A stretch of 64,000 bases of DNA from Octopus sinensis (lineage: Eukaryota): assembly GCF_006345805.1 (NCBI RefSeq), contig NC_043014.1:41168001-41232000 (forward strand), in the 5' to 3' direction. The notes below the pieces were generated by a model. That model saw nothing but the letters and a program-made list of their open reading frames with translations, had not been told where the DNA came from and made no database searches. The position numbers were made by a program, and so were the translations under genes. Every line of letters begins with the position of its first letter. The stretch's first letter is position 1. This document shows positions 50,864 to 64,000 of this stretch, one piece after another.

Positions 50864-52374
50864 TGTGTATATAAGGTAGATATTAAGATTTGCTGAAAGA
50901 TAAGTGAAGGATAATGAAAAGATTTCTATAAAGAATCCTAAGGAAAGGAAGGAAAATAGTGGAAGGGGGAGAGGGCTTCTGGTTGAGAGGGTGTATGAGT
51001 GTGAGTGAATGAGAGAGAGAGAGAGAGGGAGGGAGAGAGAGTTGGGTAGGGAGAGTGGATAAGGGAGGGAATGTGACAAGAGAAAATAAGGAGGAGTGGC
51101 GCGGAAGGAAGATGATTCATAGTAAATGTTATCAAGAACTTGTTATAGAAGCGGAGCAAGAAAAGTGCGTGTTGGGGAAGGTGTGCGAACGATGCGAACG
51201 TGGGCAACAAAGGATGTGAGATGCTGTGGATTGAAGAGAGAAGAGAAGAGAAAGAAAGAAAGAAAGAAAGAAAGAGAGAAAGAGGCTGTGATAGGAATAA
51301 GTAGAAAAGACGTAAGAGGTAGGGAGAGGAGAGAGTGGAGGTCAATAGAATGGAGAAAGAGGGAGAAAAAAGGGGAGAGAATGTGTATGGTGGTTTTGAG
51401 AGTCCTCGCTAAATATACGCTGCAATATTATTTACCCTCGAGCTATTCAAATCCAACATTCCATTCGAAAGACGTATTTTGTATTTTGATTGAAATAATG
51501 CCATTAAAAAGGGTAATAGAGAGTGAAAATATGATGAGATGGATGGGGAGGATGTGAGGAGTGTCATGGCAGTGGGAACATGGAGGTAAAACAGTTTGAT
51601 ATCGAAAATGTTTTGTAAGTGGCAGCGAAATATATATCGAAGAAAGACAGTTGAGATTAGATCCCACATCATTTTACCTAATCCCCGATAATCCAGTGAG
51701 TGAGCTTTTCGTGGTCATTCACCTTTTAGAAATAGCAATTAAATTCTCTTTTATATCACACCCATTATTCTTTTAAAAAATGGAGGAAGTACTAGATTTG
51801 CCACTTAAATGTGGCTAACCACTAAGGGTGGATGCTAATGTAGCTTGTAGCCCCAGTAAAACATCTTTTCTACCTTGCTATTGACACACTTTCTGTGCCC
51901 TATCAGTATTTGCAAGGTGAATCCATCCTTCCCATCGTCGACCTGAGGTAATACGCATGGACCCGGGGTTTCTGGATATTTACCCGTCGTCAGCGCACGA
52001 CAATCGCTGGTCTACATGAAGAAAATATAGTAAATATTATACGTCTGTATTTCAGAGTACTATACCTGAAAAAATGTTTTTACTTTTGGTATAAAGCCAA
52101 AAATTTAGGGCAAGCAGGCTAATTCATCGACTCCAGTGCTTGTCTGATACTTATTTCATCGACCCTGAAAGGATGTAAAATAATGTCAACTTCGGAAGAA
52201 CGTAAAAGCGGACGACATTTTGCTCAGCTTTTTATCCGGCGCAGTGACAATTCGGCTAGCTCACCGCCTTTTAATATTCACTGATTAATATTCACAGACT
52301 AGAAATTTGGTAAATTAAAAACATAAAAAGAAAACAAAAACAACTTAAACTACTTCTTTCTTTTTTTTCCCCCT

Positions 52375-52672
52375 CTGAAGCCTAGCCAGGCTCATGGGCC
52401 CGGTTTCCTGGTTTCTATGGCGTATGTGCCCCCCCCCAGCTGAACGGGACGCCAGTCCATCGCAGCGTTACTCGAGAAACAGGAAGAGAGAGTGAGAGAA
52501 AGTTGGGGCGAAATAGTACAACAGGGGTCGCCACTACCCCATGCCGGAGCATCATGGAGCTTTAGGTGTTTTCGATTAATAAACACACACAACGCCCGGT
52601 TTGGGAATCGAAACAGCGAGTCCGCTGCCCTAACCATTGCGCTGCCCTAACCTGGGCCATTGCGCCTCCACA
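52375..52672 (-). mobile_element. SINE family E head/body with a different tail
   Basis: E-type head at 52672; tail GGCGTCCCGTTCAGC...ATACGCCATAGAAACC (a tail fragment also occurs near 38965-38990). Confidence 0.75.
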
Positions 52673-52771
52673 AACAAACTACTAAAAAAAGATTAAATCA
52701 ACGTGCCACACATTAATGCGTACATTAAATACATTTACTCTAAGGTGCTCATACGCAGAAATAAATGGTTA

Positions 52772-53151
52772 TCTTTATATATAAAAGTAAGGTTGTGTGT
52801 CTGTCTCCTACGATTTAGATTCCTAACTACTCCCACATTTTGCGGTGCAGTTTAACCAAAACCGGGTATCTTATAGTCGTGATTCATATCGAGCCCTTCT
52901 GGGTATTAGCGCGGGTCTACGATGAGTCTACGATTAAAAAAAAAATTTACCATCATTTTTTCGCTATTATATAAGGGAAGTAACTCTTTAAAAATGTCTA
53001 CGATGAGTCAATGATTTAAAAAAAAATTTACCATCATTTTTTTTTCCATTTTTTAATGCCTTTTTTTGCTATTTTTTGGTTATAACTCTCTAAAAATGCT
53101 TATATAGTTAATTCCCTTACAAACCCGAGCAACGCCGGGCGATACTGCTAG
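52772..53151 (+). mobile_element. Non-autonomous Helitron
   Basis: Inserted between A and T; 5' TCTTTATATATAAAAG; 3' GC-rich hairpin CCCGAGCAACGCCGGG (53124-53139) followed by CTAG. Confidence 0.88.
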
Positions 53152-53514
53152 TTACATATAAATATTTAAGCTGTCCCCCTATCAACAGAAATATGAATGG
53201 TTATCGTACTCAGAAGATTTTTCTTGATCGTGGTTAGGAGCAATACAAACAGTATTGCTATGATGCTAGGATATTATTTTGTGCAATGTACAGTTTTCCA
53301 TACATAGGAAAGTTGCTGTTATCCTTTTATTCCACCAACAATTCTTCAGAAGTTAGGAACATCTCGGTGACTAAACGACCACTAAATCTGGAACAAAAGT
53401 TTCATACAACTTATGGCAACGAAGTGGTCAACGCAGTCGATTGCTCTGTAAACTAAAAACTTCATGATTACTACTAAGTGCCGGTGGTTTTTTTCTCTTT
53501 ATCATTTTGCAAGA

Positions 53515-53690
53515 AGGCGGTGAGTTGAGAAAATCGTTAGTACCCTGGCAAAAAAGAAAGAAAAAGCTTAGCGGCATTTCTTCCGCCTTTACGTTCTGAA
53601 TTCAAATGCCGCCGATGTCGACTTTGTCTTTCACCCTTTCAGGGTCGATGCAATCGACTTGTCCACCCCAACAAAAAATTCAGCCCTTTT
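53515..53690 (+). mobile_element. SINE family B, diverged
   Basis: Homology to B consensus. Confidence 0.75.
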
Positions 53691-53699
53691 GTTTATAAT

Positions 53700-53864
53700 A
53701 GGCGCAGGAGTGGCTGTGAGGTAAGTAGCTTGCTTACCAACTACATAGTTCCGGGTTCAGTTCCACAGCGTAGCACCTTGGGCAAGTGTCTTCTACTATA
53801 GCCTCGGGCCGACCAAAGCCTTGTGAGTGGATTTGGTAGACGGAAACTGAAAGAAGCCGTCGTA

Positions 53865-53919
<55 letters not shown>

Positions 53920-54130
53920 CTGTGTGTTTGTGTCTGTGTTTGCCCCCCCCCCGCCTAACATCACTTGACAACCGATGATGGTGTGTTACGTCTCCGTAAC
54001 TTAGCGGCTCGGCAAAATAGATCGATAGAATAAGTACTAGGCTTACAAAGAATAAGTCCTGGGGTCGATTTGCTCGACTAAAGGCGGTGCTCCAGCATGG
54101 CCGCAGTCAAATGACTGAAACAAGTAAGAG
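53700..54130 (+). mobile_element. SINE family A, full length
   Basis: Complete head to tail. Confidence 0.93.
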
Positions 54131-54172
54131 AATAGAAAGAATTATTTTGTAGTAATAAGAGGGGGAGAGAGA

Positions 54173-54209
<37 letters not shown>

Positions 54210-54467
54210 GTCGCCCATGACCTTTCAAAGCAACCCAAGACAGCTGGAAATAATGTTGAACTTTTGTATGTTCCTGCCGTCGGAAAAAAGCTCAGAAAGT
54301 TGTGGTTGCTGAATTGAAGGATAACCAGAAGAATCATCATTCTAAACTTTGGCAGGTTGACGGTCAAGGTGCGGAGTCCTGGAGTGGAAAAATATTTAGT
54401 TGGAAACACTAGAGGGGTTATTGTTTTTCAGGTGAAATCAGTTTGAGGTTAGAAAGCTTACAAATGA

Positions 54468-54750
54468 TCACCACCACCGTCACCATCACCACTTCCACCA
54501 CCACTACCGCAACCACCACCAACACTACCACCACCACCACCACCAGCACCACCACCACTACCAGAACCACCAGCACCACCAGCACCACCACCACCACCAC
54601 CACCAGTCCCAGTACAACCACTGCCACCACACCACCACCACCATCACCACCACCATCACCACCACCACCACTACCACTACCACCACCACCACCACCACCA
54701 CCAGTCCCACTACAACCACTGCCACCACGACCACCACCACCACCACAAGT
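54468..54750. repeat. (ACC)n degenerate trinucleotide tract
   Basis: Direct inspection; internal 98-bp-offset duplication of CCAGTCCCA..ACAACCACTGCCACCAC. Confidence 0.9.
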
Positions 54751-54791
54751 TCTGGAGAAGATATGAAATAGAGAGTGAAGTGGATGAATGA

Positions 54792-54831
<40 letters not shown>

Positions 54832-55332
54832 GCACACACACACACGCACGCATAAACACACACACACACACACACACGAATACGGAGAGAAGGAGATAGA
54901 CAGAAAGAGAGAGCAAAATACACACTCTCACATGGATATGTTTTAATATTCTCCCACAAAGACACAGAAACATGCATAAGGATCCACACCAATATTTTGT
55001 ACCTCACTACAATAAACTTTGTCTTACTTCCCAATCTATACGACAATATTTTCTATAGCTCTCTGGTGTCTATTTTCTGCAACTGGGTCTATAACAGCGT
55101 CTTAATTAGCAAGTAGCGATGACGAACGACAGCAAGGGGCTGTACGAAGACTGAGTCACAGCGCCTGAGGTAAAAGATCAAAATACTTAGAAACCCTTTT
55201 CTTCTAATTTTTCTCTGAATGTCTATGTGTCTGTTACAGTTTCTTTCTTGGTATGCTATACTCTTGTCTTTCTTTTACTTCATATGTGTGTGTGGTGTGT
55301 GGTGTGTGTGTGTGGTGTGTGTGCGTGTATAT

Positions 55333-55364
<32 letters not shown>

Positions 55365-55401
55365 CTATCTCTATATATATATTATACTTATATATATTAT
55401 A

Positions 55402-55461
<60 letters not shown>

Positions 55462-55468
55462 TATATAT

Positions 55469-55525
<57 letters not shown>

Positions 55526-55585
55526 CACACATACATATAAGAATATGTATAAATGTCGTGCTTTCCGTCAAATTTTCAATATCCT

Positions 55586-55629
<44 letters not shown>

Positions 55630-55832
55630 CATTGTCTATCGATCAATCTAACACTCCCTGCCCGTCTCGGTTTCTCTACTCTCCCCTCTGTCACTGCATA
55701 CATACATACATACATACATATATACATACATACATACATACACACACACATACATACATACATACATACATACATGCATACATATCTTTATATGGGTGTG
55801 TGTTCTGTATGCGTGTGTTGTATATCTATATC

Positions 55833-55874
<42 letters not shown>

Positions 55875-56545
55875 ATTTATATTTACATTTATACATACAA
55901 CACGCACACAGAAAAGATATACACACATATTATATGTAGCCATACATACACCACAAACATATATATATACACGCACACACACAAACATATATACACACAT
56001 ATATCTATGTAGCCATGTACATACACAGACACACAAGCAAATTTTACACCCATACATACACACATACATGTTTGTGCTGGTGTCTGTGTACGTGGGTGTG
56101 TATATGTGTTACTAATCCTGTCTCTGTCACTTCCTACATCAATAAGAGTCCTGCTTGTTCTCGTCTCCCGTCTTTAATTGACCGGGAATTTTATTCAGGA
56201 ACATGGTTCGTAGTTGCTGCTGCAGGGAATGGTAATGGAAAACCGAACTCAAAGTAGGGCTCTTCCATCCTTGTTAACGTCAGAACGGTGCTGGAAGCAA
56301 TTTTGGTGTAGCGTTCAGAAAATTTGTGTTTTTGAAACTGGAATAGTTTGGTTGAATAAAATATAGTTGAAGATAACAAAGAAGATTAAGAGAGAAAATA
56401 GAATTGGAGAAAGATATTTAGTCTTTGACACATATTTGAACACGCACACGTACACATACACACACACACACTGACACCATACATATACCTATTACACTTA
56501 CACACTACAGCCATTTACATATGTATCATGCATGACTGTGTCTAC

Positions 56546-56618
<73 letters not shown>

Positions 56619-56645
56619 GTTAAATGTATATACATACACATATGC

Positions 56646-56684
<39 letters not shown>

Positions 56685-56697
56685 AATACACATATAT

Positions 56698-56952
56698 TCT
56701 TTTAGTCTTTTACTTGTTTAAGCTATTTGATGGCGGCCATGCTGGAGCGCAGCCTTTTAGTCGAGCAAATCGGACCCAAGACTTATTCTTTGTAAGCCTA
56801 GTACTTATTCTATCGCACTCTTTTTGCCGAACCGCTAGGTTACGGGAACGTAAACGCACCAGCATCGGCTGTCAAGCAATGTCGAGGAGACAAACACAGA
56901 TACTTATATACGACGGTCTTCTTTCAGTTTTCGTCTACCAAATCCACTCACA
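56698..56952 (-). mobile_element. SINE family A, partial
   Basis: Homology to A consensus. Confidence 0.8.
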
Positions 56953-57281
56953 ATTCTTCAATTGGTCAGCCCTTGAAAACTTTGGTGAGGTTTGTTATTC
57001 TTTCCACCAAAGCCTTCCAGCAAGAGTTGCTATCTAACAACTATCGAATAATTTGTTTTATGTCTTTAACTCATGCCATTGCGGGTTTTCCTCCGTTTAT
57101 TAACTCGGGTGAACATCATTGTTATATTAATCCCGCTTTGCTGTTTTAGGTATGTACCACAAACCTTCATGCGTTGACTTTCATTTACACCTAGACAGAA
57201 TCCTATTCAGCAGCAATAAAACAAAATCAATGCACATCTCAAGAAAATTGGTCGCCAATGCTGCCCCATACGTGGCACTGC

Positions 57282-57620
57282 GTCAGTTACGACAACGAGG
57301 GTCACAGTTGATCCGATCAACGCAACTGCCTGCTCGTGAAATTAAAATGCAAGTGGCTAAGCACACCACAGACACGTGTACACTTAACATAGTTCTCGGG
57401 GAGATTCAACATGACACAGAGTATGACAACGCTGGCCCTTTGAAAATACAGATACAAGAGAAACGGGAAGAAAGAGTGAGAGAAAGTTGTGGCGAAAGAG
57501 TACTGCAGGGTTCGCCACTCGGCTTTAGATCTTTTTGCTCAATAAAAACTCACAACGCCCGGTCTGGGAATTGAAACCGCGAGTCCGCTGCTCTAACCAC
57601 TGGGCCATTGGGCCTCCACA
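57282..57620 (-). mobile_element. SINE family E, diverged
   Basis: Homology to 22002-22389 and 31461-31844. Confidence 0.85.
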
Positions 57621-57717
57621 ATGCTACCTATACGCTACAGCCAAAATTACTAATACCATCACACTCTATGTTATGGTGAACTTCCACAGGCCAAGTGATC
57701 TTTAAAATTTTGGATTT

Positions 57718-57927
57718 TCTGGCAGAATCGCTAGCACGCCGAACGAAATGCTTAGCAGTATTTCATCTAAGTTCAAATTTCGCCGAGGTCGACTTTGCCT
57801 TTCATTCTTTCGGGTCGATTAAATAAGTATCAGTTACGCACTTGGGTCGATATAATCGACTTAATTCGTTTGTCTGTCCTTGTTCGTCCTCTCTGTGTTT
57901 AGCCCCTTGTGGGTAGTAAAGAAAAAT
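57718..57927 (+). mobile_element. SINE family B, tail 1
   Basis: Homology to B consensus. Confidence 0.85.
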
Positions 57928-58097
57928 AATTTTCTTTTGATATTCAAAGAATACTTTAACCCTAAATAGTTGCTGCTTATTTTTTTAAAACCACAATAAA
58001 CAACTTCACAAGATTATTTCTCAAATACTGGACGCGTTATCAAATTACATGGACTTACACTCAACTCTTCAAAACATTTGTCTCTACTCCCCTCCTG

Positions 58098-58138
58098 CTG
58101 TTGCTGCCGCCACCACCACCACCTCCACCACCACCACC

Positions 58139-58181
<43 letters not shown>

Positions 58182-58310
58182 ATACTACTACTACTACCAC
58201 CACCAAAACCAACCACAACTACCAACACCATTACTACTACTACTACTACAACTACTACTACTACTACTACCACTACCACCACTACCACCACCACCACCAC
58301 CACAACCACA

Positions 58311-58354
<44 letters not shown>

Positions 58355-58355
58355 A
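58098..58355. repeat. (ACC)n/(ACT)n tract
   Basis: Direct inspection. Confidence 0.95.
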
Positions 58356-58701
58356 TGCCACCAGTTGATTCCTTTCCAGTCATTTTTAGAAGTACTAAAA
58401 AAAACTGTTTCTATGAGTAATTTATTAGCCAAACAGAAACGGAAAGTTCATCCAGGTGTAATAAAATGATTTCAAAGTACATAATTTAGTGCTGTACTGC
58501 CGTATTAATTTGAGTGCATAAATTATTATTACCATATTAATGATACATAATTTTTATTTTTCATAATATATATTGCTTTGTAGTAATTTAACTTAATAGG
58601 AAATGAACGACAGCAAAAAATAAACAAAAAACAACAAAAAGCACAAAACAAAAACAAAAAAAAAAAACACACAACATTGGGTTTGTTTTATCAAAGTAGA
58701 C

Positions 58702-58710
58702 TATTCTTCC

Positions 58711-58757
<47 letters not shown>

Positions 58758-58798
58758 TGATGATGATGATAATGATAATGATGATGATGATAATAATG

Positions 58799-58832
<34 letters not shown>

Positions 58833-58879
58833 TGATGATGATGATGATGATAATGATAATGATGATGATGATAATAATG

Positions 58880-58917
<38 letters not shown>

Positions 58918-59183
58918 GATGATGATAATAATGATAATAATGATGATGATGATGATAATAATAATAATGATAATAATGATGATGATGATAATAATAATAA
59001 TGATATAATGATGATGAGGATGATGATAATAATATTAATAATAATGATAATAATGACGATGATAATAATAATACTATAATAATAATAATAATAATGATAA
59101 TAATAATAATAATAAAATAATAATAATATGATATTACTAAAAATAACAATAATAATAATAATAATACTAAAAATAATAATAAC

Positions 59184-59242
<59 letters not shown>

Positions 59243-59425
59243 TGATGATGATGATGATAATGATAATGATGATGATGATAATAATGATAATAATGATGAT
59301 GATGATGATAATAATAATAATGATAATAATGATCATGATGATAATAATAATAATGATAATAATGATGATGAGGATGATGATAAATATTAATAATAATAGT
59401 AATAATGACGATGATAATATAATAC

Positions 59426-59464
<39 letters not shown>

Positions 59465-59578
59465 TAATAATGATGATTATGATGATAATAATAAAATAAT
59501 AATAATAAATTAATAATGATGATGATGATGATAATGATAATAATAATAATAATGAATAATGATAATAATGATGATGAT

Positions 59579-59619
<41 letters not shown>

Positions 59620-59684
59620 TGATGATGATATAATATAATATAATAATAATAATGATAATAACGATAATAATGATGATGATGATG

Positions 59685-59736
<52 letters not shown>

Positions 59737-59745
59737 TATATGTAG
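58702..59745. repeat. ~1-kb (AAT)n/(GAT)n compound tract with higher-order repetition
   Basis: GATGATGAGGATGATGATAA...GACGATGATAAT...ACTA motif recurs at about 59010 and 59365. Confidence 0.95.
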
Positions 59746-60654
59746 GTGAGTCACCAATTCATATCGTCCACCATGCCACAATAAAAGTATATAAATAAAT
59801 GCAAATAAAATAAAATTTCATAATCAGTTCGAATCAAGAGGAATCATTTTTAACTATGGTGGTCATAAAGCAGTGAAATAAACTGTTGAAGAAATATTTT
59901 GATCATATGTAAATAGAAAATGGAATCAAAGGTGACTGTTGATCTGTGGTCAGATAGTTTATAATTTTTTTTTTTAGTTATGATCAAAGGATAATTCTAC
60001 CATGAAAGTAAATACACTAACGAAGTCATTCACCATAGTGTCCAAGTTGAAAGGTTGTCCAGTCTGTATGGGAAAATGGATAAATGAAAAATTATTGGCT
60101 GCATATAAACACTTCACTCGAATCAATTTGCTCAAGTACTAGATACACAGTTCATATCGACTACTTATATTTAATAGGCACTTATACAGTGCTATAGGTA
60201 CGAACGGCAAACTTAATCACATATATACAGATTTTTTTTCACTTTAAATGTGCCTAACACACTAATAAATATTACCAATAGTTTATCTAAAATATCGATA
60301 TATTGGATGTTTTATAGCCAATACACCACATTATTACATGATTAAAACTATAAACCATCTATATTCCTATAGTTGAAATCACCTCATCTCATCCTAGAAT
60401 ATGGTCTAGATTCTTCCATTAAATTTATTTGCTATTTCATGCAATATTTAGTGAATGTTTTATTCTAGAAAACAGCATTACTTTCATTATAGTTATTGAT
60501 AAGATTTTGTTCGTAACAACGACTGTGTTGGATTTAATATTATTTAATATTATTTAGAAAGAATTACATTTGAAAATATATATATGTTAAGACCAGATAA
60601 GGCCGAATACAGCGATCTTTCTGATTTCCTTAATATAAAGATATTTATGTTAGT

Positions 60655-61560
60655 AGACTTCCTGATGAGAAACCCGTGTGTTGAAACAGGTATTGTTATA
60701 TTTCATGATGGTCATGCTTTCTTCTTTGCCAAATAAACATGGACTATACTGGACTACTAGAAAGAACAGGCAAAAAAAAAAGGAAACTTTTCCGTAACTT
60801 TAACCTAGACAACTTTCGAACTAGGTACCAGAATAATTAACTTCCTAGATGCCTCGTTATGCCTAAAATCCGAATTATACTATTCCTAAAAAGGAAACCA
60901 GATGAAATCACTAAATATATTAGCAAATTCTCCAATCACCCCAACTCCGTTATTAATTCTTTAGCTAAAGATATTTTACGTAAAATTTCGCAACTTTCGG
61001 CGAATGAAGATATTTTCAATTCATACTCTCACTTTTACAATTCGGATCTTTCTAACGCAGGATATATAAACAGGAAATAGGATACGAAAACCCTGCCGCT
61101 ACTGGCTCATACATTAATAATGACACGTGTAGTAGGGGTGCAGATGGTGATAGTAATGTAGTAACACGGGGCCGTCAAAGTAAGGGAAATCTAGATGTTG
61201 TTGTCACCCCGACTTCTACTAATTCTACTAATTCTGGCGGAAATATTGCCTTAAATAAACCACCCATAATTAACAATGAATCACCTAGAAAAAGCATGGT
61301 TATTAATAATGTTAACCTTTCAAATACACCAAGGGGGTTTATGACTTGTCGGACACCCTAGTGTATACCAACAACGTGCAATTCAACGTAACGCGTGTTT
61401 TGGACCAGCCCCTAGGCGTTAAATATTCATAGGGTTGGTTTTCTGTGAGTACATAGCTGGAATATCCTATTTGATATTTACAAACCACAGGCCGGAATAA
61501 CAAGTTTATCCAACCCTACTTCGGACATATCTTTTCAAGTACCTGATTCTATGTGACTCC
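60655..61560 (+). mobile_element. Penelope-like element remnant: hammerhead-like motif followed by RT C-terminus and a long N/S/T-rich linker
   Basis: IINFLDASL..., RKPDEITKYISKFSNHPNSVINSLAKDILRKISQLSANEDIFN...YNSDLSNAGY is a PLE RT thumb signature with frameshifts; CTGATGA...GAAACAGGTA at 60662-60692. Confidence 0.8.
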
Positions 61561-61568
61561 TTATTTTA

Positions 61569-61630
<62 letters not shown>

Positions 61631-62037
61631 CACACACACACACACACACAAACGAAGGGATGCTGAAACGTACTTGGCTTTAAGGGTATCGCGAAAAGCC
61701 TGGCCGGAGGCCCAGCCTTCCCGGTTCTTTTACAGAGCTTAGGAAAACTGAAGGACCCTGCAATAAATGTGTGAATTTCAGAGTGGAATATGTTCAATAA
61801 AATCATAATAACTGATCCTCCTGTATTTTCTTTTACTTACAGCCAGGAACTTTTCAACAGCTCCTCGTGTTCATGTGTGTATGTTTGTGTTAGTACATCT
61901 ATTCTTAGACTCTATAGAATAACGTATAATAACAGCATGACGGATTGTAAAATCTAATTAAACGTGACATAATTCCAATTTCACGGGGAGAGAATGCTAT
62001 AGCATTTTTCACCCCCACCATTTTTAATTATAATAAT

Positions 62038-62372
62038 AAAAGGGGTAAAGACCCCCTTCGGTCATGAATGACCATGGGATTGTATCTAGAAAGTTACCCT
62101 CCTAGACACAAGTCCGGGCAAGGTTGTTTTTTTTTATGGAAGACCAGCAGTCGCCCATGCATACCAGCCTCCCCTCTCCACGCCACCAGTGTTATCCAAG
62201 GGAAAGACAAAGGTCGATACAGCTTGGCACCAGTGACGTCGCAACTCATTTCTACAGCTGAGTGAACTGGAGCAACGTGAAATAAAGTGCCTTGCTCAAG
62301 AACACAACACGCAGCCCGGTCCGGGATTCGAGCTCACAACCTCACGATCGTAAGCTCGACGCTCTAACCACT
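62038..62372 (-). mobile_element. SINE family D, young copy lacking about 18 nt of the head
   Basis: 229 bp identical to 3734-3962. Confidence 0.92.
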
Positions 62373-62440
62373 AAAAATCCATTTAACAATGTAATCATAA
62401 CGCTCCCAATACTGATCCCTCACATTGTTGCACAGTCACC

Positions 62441-62485
62441 AGATCTGAAGAAGAAATGTATTTGACTGAATTGAACCCGGTATCT
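62441..62485 (+). ncRNA. Decayed hammerhead-like motif
   Basis: AGAT-CTGAAGA-(21 nt)-GAACCCGGTATCT, consistent with an ancestral GAAACCGGT(C)ATCT. Confidence 0.35.
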
Positions 62486-63814
62486 ACTATGGTATTTGCT
62501 TGTTCATTCTATCGACTTCGAGCGAATGAAATGCAAAGAAAGTGAAAGTAGAGATTTGAACTTAGAAAACTGGATTAAACTAAATAAATGCTCGGTACTA
62601 TTGCTATCACTCTGAGAAGGACAATGGTAAACAAATAGAGCGAGCCTTCCTTGATCAAAGTTGACGACGCATATGTATGTTTATGCACAGGATTTTGCAA
62701 GGTGGTTTTGAGGGCGACTGGTAGTCTCCTTTGCTCGGAAGTCTCTACTGTCCATGTAACTAAATTTAACCGAAGTAAAACCTGGTGACTTGAGCCAACA
62801 CAGTTTGGTACCAGCGTTGGTGCAAGTTAGCTCTGAGAAGGCAAATGAGCCGGATTAGATACCGCCAAGCAAACTGGTCGATTTTTACTCTCTCTGACTT
62901 TCTCAATCCACCACCAAGAGATTACTACAGTTATAATTTTGTTTATTTATGGACCGTAAAAGAAAGGCAGTATTGACCACTGTGATATTCGAACTCAGTG
63001 AGCAGAAAATTGAAAAAAAAAAAAACCCCGCAATGCATTTATCTAACTCTCTTACGAACCGGCAAACTCGCTGCTTGCGAATTAAGCAGAAAAACCCCAC
63101 CAAAAATTATGGAAACAACACCAGGAACATCACTCGGAGAAAAAATATGAAAAAAAAGAAGCAATTCAAACCAGCTCCCTTACTATTTTACTTAACTTAT
63201 AACACAATTTCTTACAGAGGAAAACGCTATAGAATGACAACAGTTTGAATAAGAAGATTTTCCCCCTCTTTTTCTTGAATGATTGCATGTGTTCAATGGC
63301 TGATCCTTACAATATTCATGCTGAGAAAATTTAATCAAAGCGCCATCATTTCTTGCATGCAATTCAATATTAGATTTTTTTCCCCTTATATTCCATGTTC
63401 AGTGGTTTTGTTTGTATTGAAAGATCTATTACGTTGCACACTGCTATACACGGACATATTCATGCATATAAATTCATACATAAATACATACATACGTGCA
63501 TATATATGTATAGACGTTCGTATATGTAAGTATATCATGTGTTATATGTATATTTATATATATTTGGATTTATGTGCTATCTGAGTATATTCCACTGAAG
63601 AAGGCAAAGCATCTCATATGCAAATCCAGAAATCCAGGATCTGGAATTATCCAGTAAAACTTTCTTGCTAGTTTATTTTGTCTCTCTGTCTTCTCTCCTA
63701 GAGCTATATGAACATTTAAGTGGCTTTAGGGTCAGGTTTTGACTACTATTTCAGCGTGGTGATATCTCTCAGATACCCTAATTTATAATTTATATATATA
63801 TATATATATATATA

Positions 63815-64000
63815 GGCACACAATCATTAGATAGTGAGTTCAATTCCTGGACCGGGCTGTGTGTTGTGTTCTTGAGCAAGAGACTTTATTTCACGTTGCT
63901 CCAGTTCACTCAGGTGTAGAAATGAGTTGCAAAGTCACTGGTGCCAAGATGTATCGGCCTTCGCCTTTCAGTTGAATAACATCCTTGGTGAGCAAAAGCG
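63815..64000 (+). mobile_element. SINE family D, diverged, runs off the window end
   Basis: GAGTTCAATTCCTGGACCGGGCTGTGTGTTGTGTTCTTGAGCAAG...GCTCCAGTTCACTCAG. Confidence 0.85.

Larger units (their letters stand above)
49185..52060. mobile_element. Three copies of an unclassified ~220-bp interspersed repeat (about 49185-49405; inverted at about 50310-50530 and 51795-52020)
   Basis: Shared CCACTTAAATGTGGCTAAC...GGATGCTACTGTAGCTTGTAGCCCCAG. Confidence 0.8.

Noticed and set aside
54443-54766. Mucin/extensin-like Thr/Pro-rich exon after TTTTTCAG
   Set aside because: The Thr-to-Pro switch comes from a frame slip in an (ACC)n tract with an out-of-frame 98-bp duplication, so it behaves as a microsatellite.
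56015-56379. Lipocalin-like GTWFVV motif (plus ORF) or exon FQKHKFSERY... (minus ORF)
   Set aside because: The motif does not fully fit the lipocalin pattern and a stop follows within about 12 codons; neither frame has recognisable homology.
59850-60300. Penelope GIY-YIG endonuclease remnant
   Set aside because: Too degraded to support any motif by eye.

Overview
AT-rich, microsatellite-saturated eukaryotic non-coding DNA (intergenic or a very long intron), most likely from an octopus; the species call is an inference from the SINE families and repeat style. I cannot support any intact host gene; almost all listed ORFs are translations of simple repeats. The window is a patchwork of five components. 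(1) More than 40 copies or fragments of four tRNA-type SINE families, called A, B, D and E here and probably overlapping the published octopus OK/OR1/OR2 SINEs. (2) Decayed LINEs: an L1/Tx1 3' end, two RTE pieces and two Penelope-like RT remnants. (3) DNA-transposon derivatives: mariner, a Merlin-like MITE carrying telomeric hexamers, a Tc1-like foldback and a Helitron. (4) Large simple-repeat tracts. (5) The main signal: about 10 minimal type I hammerhead-ribozyme motifs from several unrelated short, (TA)n-associated elements, each with a different palindromic helix III. Two of them sit at the apex of long near-perfect DNA hairpins, one pair lies downstream of a TATA/Inr core promoter, and one lies just upstream of a Penelope RT remnant. 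This points to a diverse population of Penelope-derived ribozyme-bearing hairpin retroelements. All alignments and coordinates were made by eye, so boundaries of decayed elements are approximate.
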